Counted from the first letter of the stretch, positions 38,057 through 46,950 are shown. The stretch is DNA of 64,000 nt from an uncultured bacterium (GCA_903822075.1 CAIJNK010000021.1:13112-77111); one strand, 5' to 3'. Made by a program: numbers and translations. Notes: a model not told the origin generated them from the letters alone.

Positions 38057-38445
38057 AAATCAAGAAGATTCCGCGTTGGGCAAATATTGTGTTTTTCAAA
38101 GGACCGAAAGGTTTTGCTTTGGGTGACACGGTCTATTTGTCCGACCACTATCACAACCAGTTCATAGCTAGCAAGCCTTCACTTGAAACGGAGGCCCTGA
38201 TTGCTCACGAGTCAGAACATTTGGAAAGGCTCCGGAAGTTTGGGCGGTTCAGTCTCGTCAAATACTTTCTGAGTCGAAACTTCCGATTACAGGAGGAAAT
38301 TGCCGCTACCAAAGCAGAGATGGCTGTACTCAAAAAAGGCGGGCAAGTTTTTGATTATGTTGGACGAGCCAGTAGCTGGTCTTCAATCAACTATCTCTTC
38401 ATGGTCAGCTATGAAGAGGCGTATCGGATTCTTGTCGGCCTCTAG
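38053..38445 (+). CDS. Hypothetical protein with an HExxH motif (HESEH), possible small metallopeptidase-like protein.
   Basis: ATGA start/stop overlap with the upstream gene. AHESEHLERL. Confidence 0.35.
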   Translation: MKIKKIPRWANIVFFKGPKGFALGDTVYLSDHYHNQFIASKPSLETEALIAHESEHLERLRKFGRFSLVKYFLSRNFRLQEEIAATKAEMAVLKKGGQVFDYVGRASSWSSINYLFMVSYEEAYRILVGL

Positions 38446-38475
38446 ACCCCACTTCGGTGGGGTTTATTTATTTTT
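38446..38475 (+). terminator. Intrinsic terminator: 7-bp GC stem with TTCG tetraloop and T-run.
   Basis: ACCCCAC-TTCG-GTGGGGT followed by TTATTTATTTTT. Confidence 0.65.
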
Positions 38476-38490
38476 ATAATTCATCCTCTA

Positions 38491-39195
38491 TTATTCAATC
38501 TTGTCTGACTTCTGAAGATTATGCTTTGCGCATAATAGTTTTACGTTATTTGCAGACAAACTTGTACCACCCTTAGAAAAAGGTAAGTCATGATCAAAAT
38601 GTAAATTATTTGAGTCGCCGCATAAGACACACTTACCCTGATCTCTTTTCCAAACTTCTCTCTTGACCAATGAAGGAATGAGCCTTGTGTGTTCAACTTG
38701 AATATTGGTAGAACGATTTTCTTTTCTATCTGATAGTTTTAGAATATACCTAAATACATTTCTTTTACCGTCATTAACAACCTTGAAATTTACCAGGTCA
38801 AAATAACCTTTCAAGGACCACACTCCGGGAAGAACTTTTTCATATACTTTTACCAATTCAGGCACACCACCATTTTTCACAAACTCCGCAGCAGACTTAA
38901 TAAACAAACCATTTTGGGTTAATCTACCACTTGGCAGTTTATCTGGTTGATCTTCATTCTTAGGATTATGCTCGTACGATTTTTTTAAAACATCATGTCC
39001 TTCATACTCAATTGTTATACCGTCATCATAGACTTTATCAGAATATGGCGCATTCGATCTTTGAGACATCAATATGACTGAATAAGCAGGATTCATCCTA
39101 AAGTTCATCCCTCTTTGCATCGTTTGAGAGTTTTCGGCATCACACATCTCCCTATAACTTAAAATATCGTCCTGAATTTTTAAAAGATTATTCAT
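38491..39195 (-). CDS. SRA(YDG)-HNH endonuclease, putative modification-dependent (type IV) restriction enzyme.
   Basis: N-terminal VYDDGITIEYEG .. FRYILKL resembles the SRA/YDG fold. C-terminal CVLCG..HFDHDLPFSKGG..NNVKLLCAKHN is an HNH motif. Confidence 0.55.
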   Translation of the reverse strand: MNNLLKIQDDILSYREMCDAENSQTMQRGMNFRMNPAYSVILMSQRSNAPYSDKVYDDGITIEYEGHDVLKKSYEHNPKNEDQPDKLPSGRLTQNGLFIKSAAEFVKNGGVPELVKVYEKVLPGVWSLKGYFDLVNFKVVNDGKRNVFRYILKLSDRKENRSTNIQVEHTRLIPSLVKREVWKRDQGKCVLCGDSNNLHFDHDLPFSKGGTSLSANNVKLLCAKHNLQKSDKIE

Positions 39196-39201
39196 CCAAT
39201 T

Positions 39202-41214
39202 TTATTCAATAATTCTCTCCACAACCCCCTGCACGATGCCCTGTATTGTGTCTCCTTCGTTCATAATGATATCTTTGTGATCTGAATTAAACGAACGTGG
39301 CTTAAGAGTAATTCCTTCTTTTGTCCTTAAATATTCCTTAATTGTCACATTCCCATCAACTAGAGCGACAACTCTATCACCATCATGTGCTGTCTCCTTT
39401 TTCCAGCACAAGACTAGGTCACCTTCTTTTATTCCAGCTTTATTCATTGAATCGCCTCTTGCTCTTACAATAAAATAATTCAAATCCCTCCTAATTATTT
39501 TCTTTGGTACCAAAATCTCTTCCTCAATATCCTCTTGCACATCAGTCGGCGAACCACACTGAATTGAGCCCAGTAATGGCACACGAATCATAACCCCAGT
39601 ATATGGTGATATTATTTTTTGTCTTTTACTTATAACTGATTTTGTATCCCGCTGCAAGTTACTTTTAAAATATTTTCTAAGTTTTTCATCTACAACATAA
39701 ATATATGTACCTCTTATTCCCCTAGTCAATAAAGTCTTATAAATATTAATAATATATCTTTTTAATTCTTCTGGGTCAGTTATACCCCGCCAACCATTCG
39801 CGTCCATATAATTATCAGCATTGATAACTAACTTATTTTCTTTTTCATTGTAGGAAAGTTCCGGTCCTATAATCACGCCTACATAGTTTAAGTCGTAACC
39901 TTGAACAGTATGAATACAACCCACTTCATTGACTGCATTTTTTGAATTAACCCAGTCCTGATTTGTCTCATTCCAGGTCATTTTTAGACCATCAATTTCT
40001 ATATCATGGATATTAGGATTTCTCCTGCTTCTCCATTCCCATGCATAACCCGCTACCATTCTGCATAATCCAAACTCTATATCTTTTTTCTTGATATCGG
40101 AAACCATTTTATGAATGTCATCATATAAATTCAAATCATAACCAGAAAATATAGTATTTTTTATCTCCTTTAGGTCAAACAAATTATCAACAAAGGAAAT
40201 GTACTCTTCGCCAGCAATAACCCTTTGTTGGTTGACTAAATCATATCGTATAGCATTTAAATCATTAAATTTTTTGAAATTTATGTCTGCCGGTCTGACA
40301 CTTTGATTTTTATCATAAAAAAATATCTGGTGCTTTGATGATTTTAATATCCAATCTAATTCAGTCCCTTCATTACCTAATGCGAATTTTCTATTTGTCT
40401 TATCGAATGACTGATAGTTAGTAATATTCCGCCTTTGTTTTAGACGGTGAGCTTCATCTACTATTAAAATATCATACCTTTTCTTAGTCACGTCATTTGG
40501 GCCAATCACCATTGAGGACTTCAAGTCCTTAACCTTTGAGAGCACTCGACGTATTGTTCGTCGTAACGAAGTCATAGGTACCACTAAACCCACCTCAAGA
40601 TTTTTAGTCTCATCTTTCTCTTTTAAAAATTTGACCAAATACACAGCAAGGATAGTTTTGCCTGTCCCAGGTTTTCCATTTATGATATAAGACCCTTCTT
40701 TATCTTTTAGTATATTCTGAAATATATCATCAGCTACAACCATTTGATCTTCCGTTAAGGATTTATAAGGTGAATATTTAAAAAGATCACTGTTTCTTAT
40801 CTGTACAAGATCTTTTTTTACCAACTCCTTCTTTTGCAAATCTTTCCAAATAATTTCAAATTTAGCTTTATACTTTTCCTTATCGTAATAATTATGATTC
40901 CTAAGACCGTCATTACCATTTTGTAAAACAAAAGATCCTTCAGCTGACATATACTGGATTAACCAAGATTCAATATCTAGCGTCGCAGATTTATTATATT
41001 CTTCATCTGTAATTACATGAATATTTTTTAGCCCTTTTCTGTCTGGATTATCCAAATGCTGTTTACTTCTGCTTATAAGGCTCGTGGTCTCACCAATATA
41101 GACCTCCCTGCCGTTTTCAAGCACGTAAACAACTGGCCAATTTTTACCAAATTCATACTGTTTAATTTTTTCAAAATCTACTCTATCAAATTTAAATGTT
41201 TTGATATCAGCCAT
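39202..41214 (-). CDS. GIY-YIG nuclease + DUF2075/Schlafen-like P-loop ATPase fused to a C-terminal LexA/UmuD-like S24 autopeptidase domain.
   Basis: VYVLENGREVYIGET..R..E (GIY-YIG). Walker A GKPGTGKT. YKTLLTRGIRGTYIYVVD (DUF2075 C-terminal signature). C-terminus VPLLGSIQCGSP..RGDSMNKAGIKEGD..VTIKEY aligns to the LexA/UmuD catalytic domain with a Cys-Gly cleavage site, Ser and Lys. Confidence 0.6.
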   Translation of the reverse strand: MADIKTFKFDRVDFEKIKQYEFGKNWPVVYVLENGREVYIGETTSLISRSKQHLDNPDRKGLKNIHVITDEEYNKSATLDIESWLIQYMSAEGSFVLQNGNDGLRNHNYYDKEKYKAKFEIIWKDLQKKELVKKDLVQIRNSDLFKYSPYKSLTEDQMVVADDIFQNILKDKEGSYIINGKPGTGKTILAVYLVKFLKEKDETKNLEVGLVVPMTSLRRTIRRVLSKVKDLKSSMVIGPNDVTKKRYDILIVDEAHRLKQRRNITNYQSFDKTNRKFALGNEGTELDWILKSSKHQIFFYDKNQSVRPADINFKKFNDLNAIRYDLVNQQRVIAGEEYISFVDNLFDLKEIKNTIFSGYDLNLYDDIHKMVSDIKKKDIEFGLCRMVAGYAWEWRSRRNPNIHDIEIDGLKMTWNETNQDWVNSKNAVNEVGCIHTVQGYDLNYVGVIIGPELSYNEKENKLVINADNYMDANGWRGITDPEELKRYIINIYKTLLTRGIRGTYIYVVDEKLRKYFKSNLQRDTKSVISKRQKIISPYTGVMIRVPLLGSIQCGSPTDVQEDIEEEILVPKKIIRRDLNYFIVRARGDSMNKAGIKEGDLVLCWKKETAHDGDRVVALVDGNVTIKEYLRTKEGITLKPRSFNSDHKDIIMNEGDTIQGIVQGVVERIIE

Positions 41215-41217
41215 TTT

Positions 41218-41565
41218 TTAAAGTTTATTATATTTCGTATGCTTTCCCTTAGCCTTTTCCACAGAATATTTTTCTTCATTTTTCTTCATTTTTTTCTCAA
41301 AAGATTTAATAACATCAATTTTCAAATCGTGACTCATTAATAATATCCAGTACAAAGTATCTGCAAGCTCCTCGCCGATTTCATCCTTATGTTCAATAAC
41401 ATATTTATCCATTTCTTCCTTATTCTTCCACTGAAAATGCTCCATCACCTCCCCAGCTTCCAAGACAAGGGAAATAGCTAAGTCTTTGGGATTATGAAAC
41501 TGCTGCCAATCGCGAGCGTCTCGAAAAGCCACAATTCTTTTGGTCAATTCTGCCAAAGTTTTCAT
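41218..41565 (-). CDS. MazG-like all-alpha NTP pyrophosphohydrolase domain protein.
   Basis: EAGEVMEHFQWK .. EELADTLYWILL MazG motifs. Start taken at MKTLAEL (41565). The ORF-track GTG start (41589) reads through the promoter box. Confidence 0.6.
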   Translation of the reverse strand: MKTLAELTKRIVAFRDARDWQQFHNPKDLAISLVLEAGEVMEHFQWKNKEEMDKYVIEHKDEIGEELADTLYWILLMSHDLKIDVIKSFEKKMKKNEEKYSVEKAKGKHTKYNKL

Positions 41566-41572
41566 AGAATAA

Positions 41573-41581
41573 ATGGTAGCA
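41573..41581 (-). promoter_or_regulatory. -10-like box TGCTACCAT (TGTGCTA-prefixed) 7 nt upstream of the MazG-like ATG.
   Basis: Minus-strand reading TTTTGTGCTACCATTTATTCTATG. Confidence 0.3.
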
Positions 41582-41644
41582 CAAAACACCCCTCAAAACC
41601 ACCGTTATTTGAGCCGTCTGAGCGAGTTGCGACTTATGTGCGGA

Positions 41645-41691
41645 GAATAAAAATAGGCGGAAGGTGGATTTTGAAATCCATACCTTCCGCC
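41645..41691 (-). terminator. Intrinsic terminator (minus strand): 10-bp stem GGCGGAAGGT/ACCTTCCGCC followed by a T-run. Marks the island / GC-block boundary.
   Basis: Perfect inverted repeat with an inner GGATTT/AAATCC stem. Minus strand continues TATTTTTATT. Confidence 0.6.
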
Positions 41692-41735
41692 CGCCTGATT
41701 ACCCCGCTCGCTCGATCACTACCCATCGTTCCTGA

Positions 41736-42518
41736 TTATTCCTTGTACAGGCGATGGTTGTAATATTCCAACCCGAAACGCCCGTCCTTACCCTTGGTGG
41801 GATCACCTTTGTAGGCCGTGACGCCGCAGTTGATGGGCTTGTCATGCTCATCAACTCCGATAAAATCATCCGCGTCCCACCGCTCCAGATTGGCCCTGAT
41901 GCCCAAGATGTTCAGATGATGCGTAACCGCCAGAATCCGTTGCTCGGCAAAATCCCGAACTACGGTGTTCATCCACGAACGATTCCGCTCCCGGACGTCC
42001 GGCACGCTTTCACCCTGCGGATACCGATACCAGTACCGGCCTTCAAGCTGGTACAGCTTGCCTTGCTCCGGGTGAATGGCGTGGAAAACGCGCCAATCAT
42101 TGTAAAGCAAAGCCAGACCATGTTCCTGTTCCCGAATTCGTTCGTCTTCAATCACCCGAACGTGCTCGAGCCCCGGCCAACCCCGAATCAAGCCGGCCAA
42201 AGTATTCCGCGTTCGCTCGTACGGCGACACGAAGATGATGTGCGGAAGAGCATCACCATACCGGTCCCAGAGTGCAGCGCCCACTTCCCTGGCTCGCTTA
42301 GCTTCCAGATCCCGCAACGGCGTTTTGGCATCACCCACGCCAAGTGCAAACTGAGCCTGGACCGCTTTAGCCAAAGCTTGCGTCGTTTCAGATTCCGGAT
42401 TCTGTTTGAACTCCGTGAGAAAAGTCTGATAAAGCTTACTTTTGGCTTTCAAGCTTTTCAAAACATTGTAGGCCGACACATCATGTCGGACCAAAAGCAT
42501 CAATTCCGGCCACTTCAT
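41736..42518 (-). CDS. Histidine phosphatase superfamily (phosphoglycerate mutase family) protein, GC-rich.
   Basis: LLVRHDVSAYN (RHG-like) and VTHHLNILG (second His) motifs. SD AGAGGGG. Confidence 0.6.
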   Translation of the reverse strand: MKWPELMLLVRHDVSAYNVLKSLKAKSKLYQTFLTEFKQNPESETTQALAKAVQAQFALGVGDAKTPLRDLEAKRAREVGAALWDRYGDALPHIIFVSPYERTRNTLAGLIRGWPGLEHVRVIEDERIREQEHGLALLYNDWRVFHAIHPEQGKLYQLEGRYWYRYPQGESVPDVRERNRSWMNTVVRDFAEQRILAVTHHLNILGIRANLERWDADDFIGVDEHDKPINCGVTAYKGDPTKGKDGRFGLEYYNHRLYKE

Positions 42519-42675
42519 GTTACCCCTCTTTTCTTTTTTGCATTTAAGCTGACGTTAAAGGACACTTGACACCTAAAATTATTATACATAAAAATACCTC
42601 TCTGTCAATGTTAGAAGTGTACTCCAACCACCCAATGACATATTCGAGTAATCTTCTATTTCAGCATCTGGGAAA

Positions 42676-43044
42676 TCAAGCTGGAATAAATTTAAGAGAG
42701 ACAGAATTTACGCAGTGACGAACGTTTTTAGGCGTCAATCTTTCATCTAAAAATACGTGGCCCAGATGGGCGCCACAATTCGCACAAGAAATCTCCGTTC
42801 TCAAGCCGTCGGCATCCGGAGTCTTTATTATTGCCCCCGGTATCTCGTCATCAAAACTGGGCCACCCACACTGCGCATCAAACTTATCTTTGGAACGGTA
42901 AAGCGGCGTCTCACATTGTCGACAAACATATACGCCCTCTTTATAAAAATCATCGTACTCGCCGGAAAAGGCAGCTTCGGTGCCCTTGTCAATAATTACC
43001 TTTTTCTCCACTGGCGTAAGTTTTTTCAACTTGATCTTTTTCAT
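42676..43044 (-). CDS. msrB: Peptide methionine-R-sulfoxide reductase MsrB (SelR).
   Basis: CRQCETPLY .. CGWPSF .. [12 protein letters not shown] (two CxxC pairs + catalytic region). ATG chosen at MKKIKL. Confidence 0.85.
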   Translation of the reverse strand: MKKIKLKKLTPVEKKVIIDKGTEAAFSGEYDDFYKEGVYVCRQCETPLYRSKDKFDAQCGWPSFDDEIPGAIIKTPDADGLRTEISCANCGAHLGHVFLDERLTPKNVRHCVNSVSLKFIPA

Positions 43045-43214
43045 ACATGTAATCATACCGCTTTAGATTTAATTTGTCATGAATATTGTAGAAATTTTTA
43101 ATAAAGCAACCGGTGTCAGACTGAGCGATATGGATGATTTAATTAAAAAAGAAGCCCGCAACCGGTAAGGGTTGCGGGCACACGACTTTGAAATAACTCC
43201 TCGTTGAAAACAGA

Positions 43215-43739
43215 TCAGAGAATGAAGTTCAGGCCGCTCTTCCGATCAGTGGACTTCATCCAGGCGTCATAAGCACCAGCGATGCAGATATCCGCCACCA
43301 TGCCGGCGATCATCCGGTCGTGCCAAGAGTCCACACCGGAAAAGCCTACGGCCAGCCCTTTACGAAAGACTCCGCCCCAATACGCGGTGTCTCCGGGAAA
43401 CAGAAGATGCGGAAGAATATCCGACCCACCGTCATTGCGTTGGTGCCAAAGCTGTAAGGCTTTGCACCGCGCAATATCACGGAACGGATACTTCCACTTC
43501 GCCACGTCACCAACGCTTACTTCCAAAAGCGTAAACGGGCGAATCGCCAGATTCGGATAAATCTTGTCAACATCGGGTTCATCACCAACATCCATCTCTG
43601 GAGCAAGAATGACCAGGTGACCATCTGATCCATCGACTTTGATTGCAGAATATTCTCCCTGGAACACGAGCGAGAGAACGGCTGATGCTGCACTATTGGC
43701 AAGTGCCTGCGTCAAAAACTTTGGTTTTTCCCATGACAT
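43215..43739 (-). CDS. Hypothetical protein (GC-rich block).
   Basis: ORF with SD GGGAG 10 nt upstream of the ATG at 43739. No recognisable motif. Confidence 0.4.
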   Translation of the reverse strand: MSWEKPKFLTQALANSAASAVLSLVFQGEYSAIKVDGSDGHLVILAPEMDVGDEPDVDKIYPNLAIRPFTLLEVSVGDVAKWKYPFRDIARCKALQLWHQRNDGGSDILPHLLFPGDTAYWGGVFRKGLAVGFSGVDSWHDRMIAGMVADICIAGAYDAWMKSTDRKSGLNFIL

Positions 43740-43945
43740 ATTACCCATCTCCCTTCAATTTGTTGGAACTTCTTGAGTTGGTCCACCAGCTCTCATTACT
43801 CATATGATAACAAATAAAAACCACTGTGTCAAACAAACCAAGGGTGGTGTATCGAATAGAAAAAGTAAGTCAGTTTACAAAATTTAAAAACATGTTACTA
43901 TCTAACCAGGTTGCACTTTAACTTTTCTAAAGATCGGAGGATTTT

Positions 43946-45082
43946 ATGTTCAGCTATCCCCTTCTGCGGGAAGTCTTTGAGCTATATGCCGAGGCCGACC
44001 TGGACAATGTTTTGGTGTTGGCCGTTCAGCATTTACTGAATGATCAGCTCTGTGCTTTTGATCTTTTGCTGAAAGCGGGACTCCGGCCGGAGAACTGCCT
44101 CATCGTCGGCAAGAACTATTCGGCAAACGTTGACGTGGTCAAAGCCTTGCGTGAAAAGGGTTGCCTGGTGGCGCCCTTTAGCACGGACTTTGATCCGGAA
44201 CGAGGCTTTGATGGCTGGTTCGAGGAAAAGCTGACAGCTTTTCTCAGGCAGGAACTGGGCCAACGAAACTTGGGTAAATATCGCAAGATAATTATCCTTG
44301 ATGACGGAGGCTTCATGCATCTTGCCATAAACGAACTTTGCGGACATCTGCCAAATATTGTAGGGATCGAGCAAACGTCATCCGGATATCACAAAATCCG
44401 ACAGGCGAATATTCGATTTCCGACACTATCAGTGGCCAGGATATACCACAAACAAGTTTGCGAATCTCCGCTTATTGCCCAAAACGGCTATGAGCGGATT
44501 GCCGAGCATTTGCAGTCACGGAGTAAGTCCACCCCGAACATCTTGGTGTTTGGTTTGGGAGCGATTGGCCGGCAGATAGCCGGACGATTATTCCTAACAC
44601 ACGGACATCAGGGAATGGCCACCGACTGTGACCTTGGTGAGAGAGTACTGGTCCATGGAGTATCACAAATGCTGATAAGCCGCGGATTGATTATTCCTCT
44701 CTCCGAGGCAATGGGCCGGTTGGGACAGTTTGATGTCATAATTGGTACGACCGGTTCAACCGTTCTGACCGAGTGTGATGTCAATCGGCTTCACCCGCGA
44801 GTTTCCTTGATCAGTCTGTCTTCGTCGGATCGTGAATTTCCGGCAACTTTCTTCCGGAAGAAGACAAGTGAAATTCATGATAATTGCTGGAAGGACACAA
44901 GATGTCTGGTCAATGGCGGCTTCCCCATCACTTTTGATGGAACGGCGCAAGCGATGCCTCCAAATCAGATCGAGCTCACGGTCGCTATCATGTTTACCTG
45001 TCTCTTGAACGAGCTCGGCGAGGTGAAATATCCGCTCTCGATAATCGTTAACCGATTGTTTATGATGTGGAAGCCAGATTGA
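43946..45082 (+). CDS. S-adenosyl-L-homocysteine hydrolase (AhcY/SAHH)-like NAD-binding protein.
   Basis: IIILDDGG (SAHH xLDDGGD-like), GIEQTSSGYHKI (GISEETTTGV-like), Rossmann VFGLGAIGRQIA, VIIGTTGS (TTTGN-like). SD GGAGG. Confidence 0.45.
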   Translation: MFSYPLLREVFELYAEADLDNVLVLAVQHLLNDQLCAFDLLLKAGLRPENCLIVGKNYSANVDVVKALREKGCLVAPFSTDFDPERGFDGWFEEKLTAFLRQELGQRNLGKYRKIIILDDGGFMHLAINELCGHLPNIVGIEQTSSGYHKIRQANIRFPTLSVARIYHKQVCESPLIAQNGYERIAEHLQSRSKSTPNILVFGLGAIGRQIAGRLFLTHGHQGMATDCDLGERVLVHGVSQMLISRGLIIPLSEAMGRLGQFDVIIGTTGSTVLTECDVNRLHPRVSLISLSSSDREFPATFFRKKTSEIHDNCWKDTRCLVNGGFPITFDGTAQAMPPNQIELTVAIMFTCLLNELGEVKYPLSIIVNRLFMMWKPD

Positions 45083-45109
45083 GAAACTGGTAACATGGAT
45101 TGAACAGTT

Positions 45110-45143
45110 ACGGGTCGTCTTGCAGAAGATGACCCGTTTTTTA
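45110..45143 (+). terminator. Intrinsic terminator ACGGGTC-loop-GACCCGT followed by TTTTTT.
   Basis: 7-bp stem immediately after the stop codon at 45082. Confidence 0.6.
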
Positions 45144-45191
45144 TTGCCAAAAATATAACTTTCTAGTCACCTAATCACAGCAGACGTCTGC

Positions 45192-45220
45192 TTGACAAAA
45201 CACGTTAGATCAGCTATATT
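45192..45220 (+). promoter_or_regulatory. Sigma70-type promoter TTGACA-17 nt-TATATT.
   Basis: Consensus -35, 17-nt spacer, near-consensus -10. Followed by SD AGGA and the ATG at 45286. Confidence 0.55.
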
Positions 45221-45285
45221 CATTAACAGATTGTGAGTTTTGTTAGTGTTGATAACTGAAGAACAGTTAAAGAAAGGACGGGTGT

Positions 45286-46119
45286 ATGAGTACAGTTACA
45301 GCCAAGAGTATTGAACGTCTGGCCGTCGGCCAAGTTCTGAACAAAGGCATTGACGAGGTCAACCCCAATCTTCTCTTAGCTCTGCAGGAATTCCCTTGGG
45401 AAACCGATCATGATCCGGCTATCGATTCATTGCCGGAAGCGGAGTTGGATTTGGAACTCAACATCCGCTCCTGTCTGGGACGTATTGCCCACGCCGGAGC
45501 GTTTGTTGGCCTTCATTTCCCAATGACCGAGACCTGCTATGCTGAAGTCTTGGTGGATGCGCAAGCTCAGGCAACGCTCGCCAAGGTGCATCATGGCTCC
45601 CCGCGTGACTTGGATGATGTTAAAGAATTGCTTCAGGCGGTTCTGATATACGAGATGCCTCATGCGGTGTTGGTCCTGGACAAGGTTCAATTTGATCCGC
45701 TCTGGACCATCTCTCCGGTGGAAACCAATCACCCCAAGGTGAAAACCTACCCAATCTGGGAAGCAGTGGCCTCGGCAGTGATGGTCTCCAAGGCTTGGCT
45801 GGAGGAAGTTCCGGAAAGGAAGCTCATGCTTCTGGAGGAAGCGGAAAAACTTTGCCCCGGGACGGCGTTGGTAGTTGAGGACAAGATACAGACTCTGGTG
45901 GAGCTCGGACGAACCGAAGAGGTCATTCACCTATTGAAAGATCTTTTGGTCAAGAGACCGACGGCCAAGACGTTGTTTGATCTTTACACTCTAACCAGGG
46001 ACAAGGCGTACCAAGGAAGGCTGGACGAAGAGTACACGCGTCACATGTATTACGTGCTCCTGCAAGATAGGACGGAGCAATACGTAACCAAGTCATTAAG
46101 CGCCAAAAGCGGGAAATGA
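45286..46119 (+). CDS. Hypothetical protein (GC-rich block), 277 aa.
   Basis: Clean ORF with SD. No recognisable motif. Confidence 0.5.
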   Translation: MSTVTAKSIERLAVGQVLNKGIDEVNPNLLLALQEFPWETDHDPAIDSLPEAELDLELNIRSCLGRIAHAGAFVGLHFPMTETCYAEVLVDAQAQATLAKVHHGSPRDLDDVKELLQAVLIYEMPHAVLVLDKVQFDPLWTISPVETNHPKVKTYPIWEAVASAVMVSKAWLEEVPERKLMLLEEAEKLCPGTALVVEDKIQTLVELGRTEEVIHLLKDLLVKRPTAKTLFDLYTLTRDKAYQGRLDEEYTRHMYYVLLQDRTEQYVTKSLSAKSGK

Positions 46120-46123
46120 ACAT

Positions 46124-46166
46124 GGACGGGTTGGCACAAGCAAGTGCCCACCTGTCCTTTTTTTTA
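46124..46166 (+). terminator. Intrinsic terminator (imperfect long stem GGACgGGTtGGCAC/GTGCCcACCtGTCC followed by T8).
   Basis: Hairpin plus TTTTTTTT after the stop at 46119. A mirror terminator for the convergent gene follows. Confidence 0.55.
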
Positions 46167-46202
46167 TAAAAAAACCACAGGTAGCATTACGCCCACCTGT
46201 GG
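46166..46202 (-). terminator. Intrinsic terminator for the convergent minus-strand gene (stem CCACAGGT/ACCTGTGG, T-run on the minus strand).
   Basis: 8-bp perfect stem. Minus strand continues TTTTTTTATAAAAAAAA. Confidence 0.5.
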
Positions 46203-46230
46203 TTCAAGATGTAAAAAGACACATCATACG

Positions 46231-46581
46231 TCAGATTTCTCCTTTCGGCTCTCTTGGTTTTCGGGAAGCGCAATCAATGTCCGCTCCGCAGTTGGCGCAT
46301 TGCTCGTAGCCGTCTACGACAACGATACCGCCTTCGAACTCCAACTGTCCAAGAGTTTTCCCACACTTTCCTCCACAGTGCCAGGTGTCATCCGCCCGCT
46401 GTTCGGCTGTCCGAAAAACCGGTAATGGCCGCCTGACTAACTCCGTCGCTTTCGCCAGACGTTTGAGCAACTTCCTTAGCTGTTTTCTGTCTGGCAGATT
46501 AGCATTGGGCATAATCTGTAGCTTTTCACTTTTATCACCTCCTTTTAATGTTACAAAGACCTCAGGACCTGCGTTCAGCAT
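46231..46581 (-). CDS. Hypothetical Cys-rich (zinc-ribbon-like) protein.
   Basis: WHCGGKCG ... CANCGADIDC. Start set at the ATG at 46581, which is preceded by a TATTAT/TATAAA box 6-9 nt upstream. The ORF-track start is a TTG. Confidence 0.4.
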   Translation of the reverse strand: MLNAGPEVFVTLKGGDKSEKLQIMPNANLPDRKQLRKLLKRLAKATELVRRPLPVFRTAEQRADDTWHCGGKCGKTLGQLEFEGGIVVVDGYEQCANCGADIDCASRKPREPKGEI

Positions 46582-46647
46582 ACCAAATTTATAATATAAA
46601 AACCACCGCACAGGAACGGTGGTTTGGTTCGCGAGAAACAATACAGA

Positions 46648-46950
46648 TCAAGCCGACTTTTCTTTTCTCTTTCCTTTCTTCTTGGGAAAGTCCCAAGGGC
46701 GAATCTTCCCTTGACCTTCACGGTGCCAGACTTTGAAAGCCGCCGACATTTCCGCCTTGCTCTTAATCAAGCGACTCACAAAAGCATAATCCGTGCAACC
46801 CCACAAACGATGGGACTTGCCGTCTGAGCACCAGACGCCGTCAAGAATTTGCTCTTCGGAAAGAAACTGCTGATTTCTGGCCAAGATCTCATTTGTCCTG
46901 GCATCCAATGGTTCGATGTACCATTTCTGCAACGCATGCTTTCTCTTCAT
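46648..46950 (-). CDS. Hypothetical protein with a basic C-terminal tail.
   Basis: ATG at 46950 with SD AGGAAG. The ORF-track start 47013 is a TTG. Confidence 0.4.
   Translation of the reverse strand: MKRKHALQKWYIEPLDARTNEILARNQQFLSEEQILDGVWCSDGKSHRLWGCTDYAFVSRLIKSKAEMSAAFKVWHREGQGKIRPWDFPKKKGKRKEKSA

Noticed and set aside
41754-42569. 271-aa plus-strand ORF
   Set aside because: Antisense to the histidine-phosphatase-family gene in a GC-rich stretch. Pro/Arg-rich composition typical of shadow ORFs. The minus-strand gene has a clear SD and catalytic motifs.
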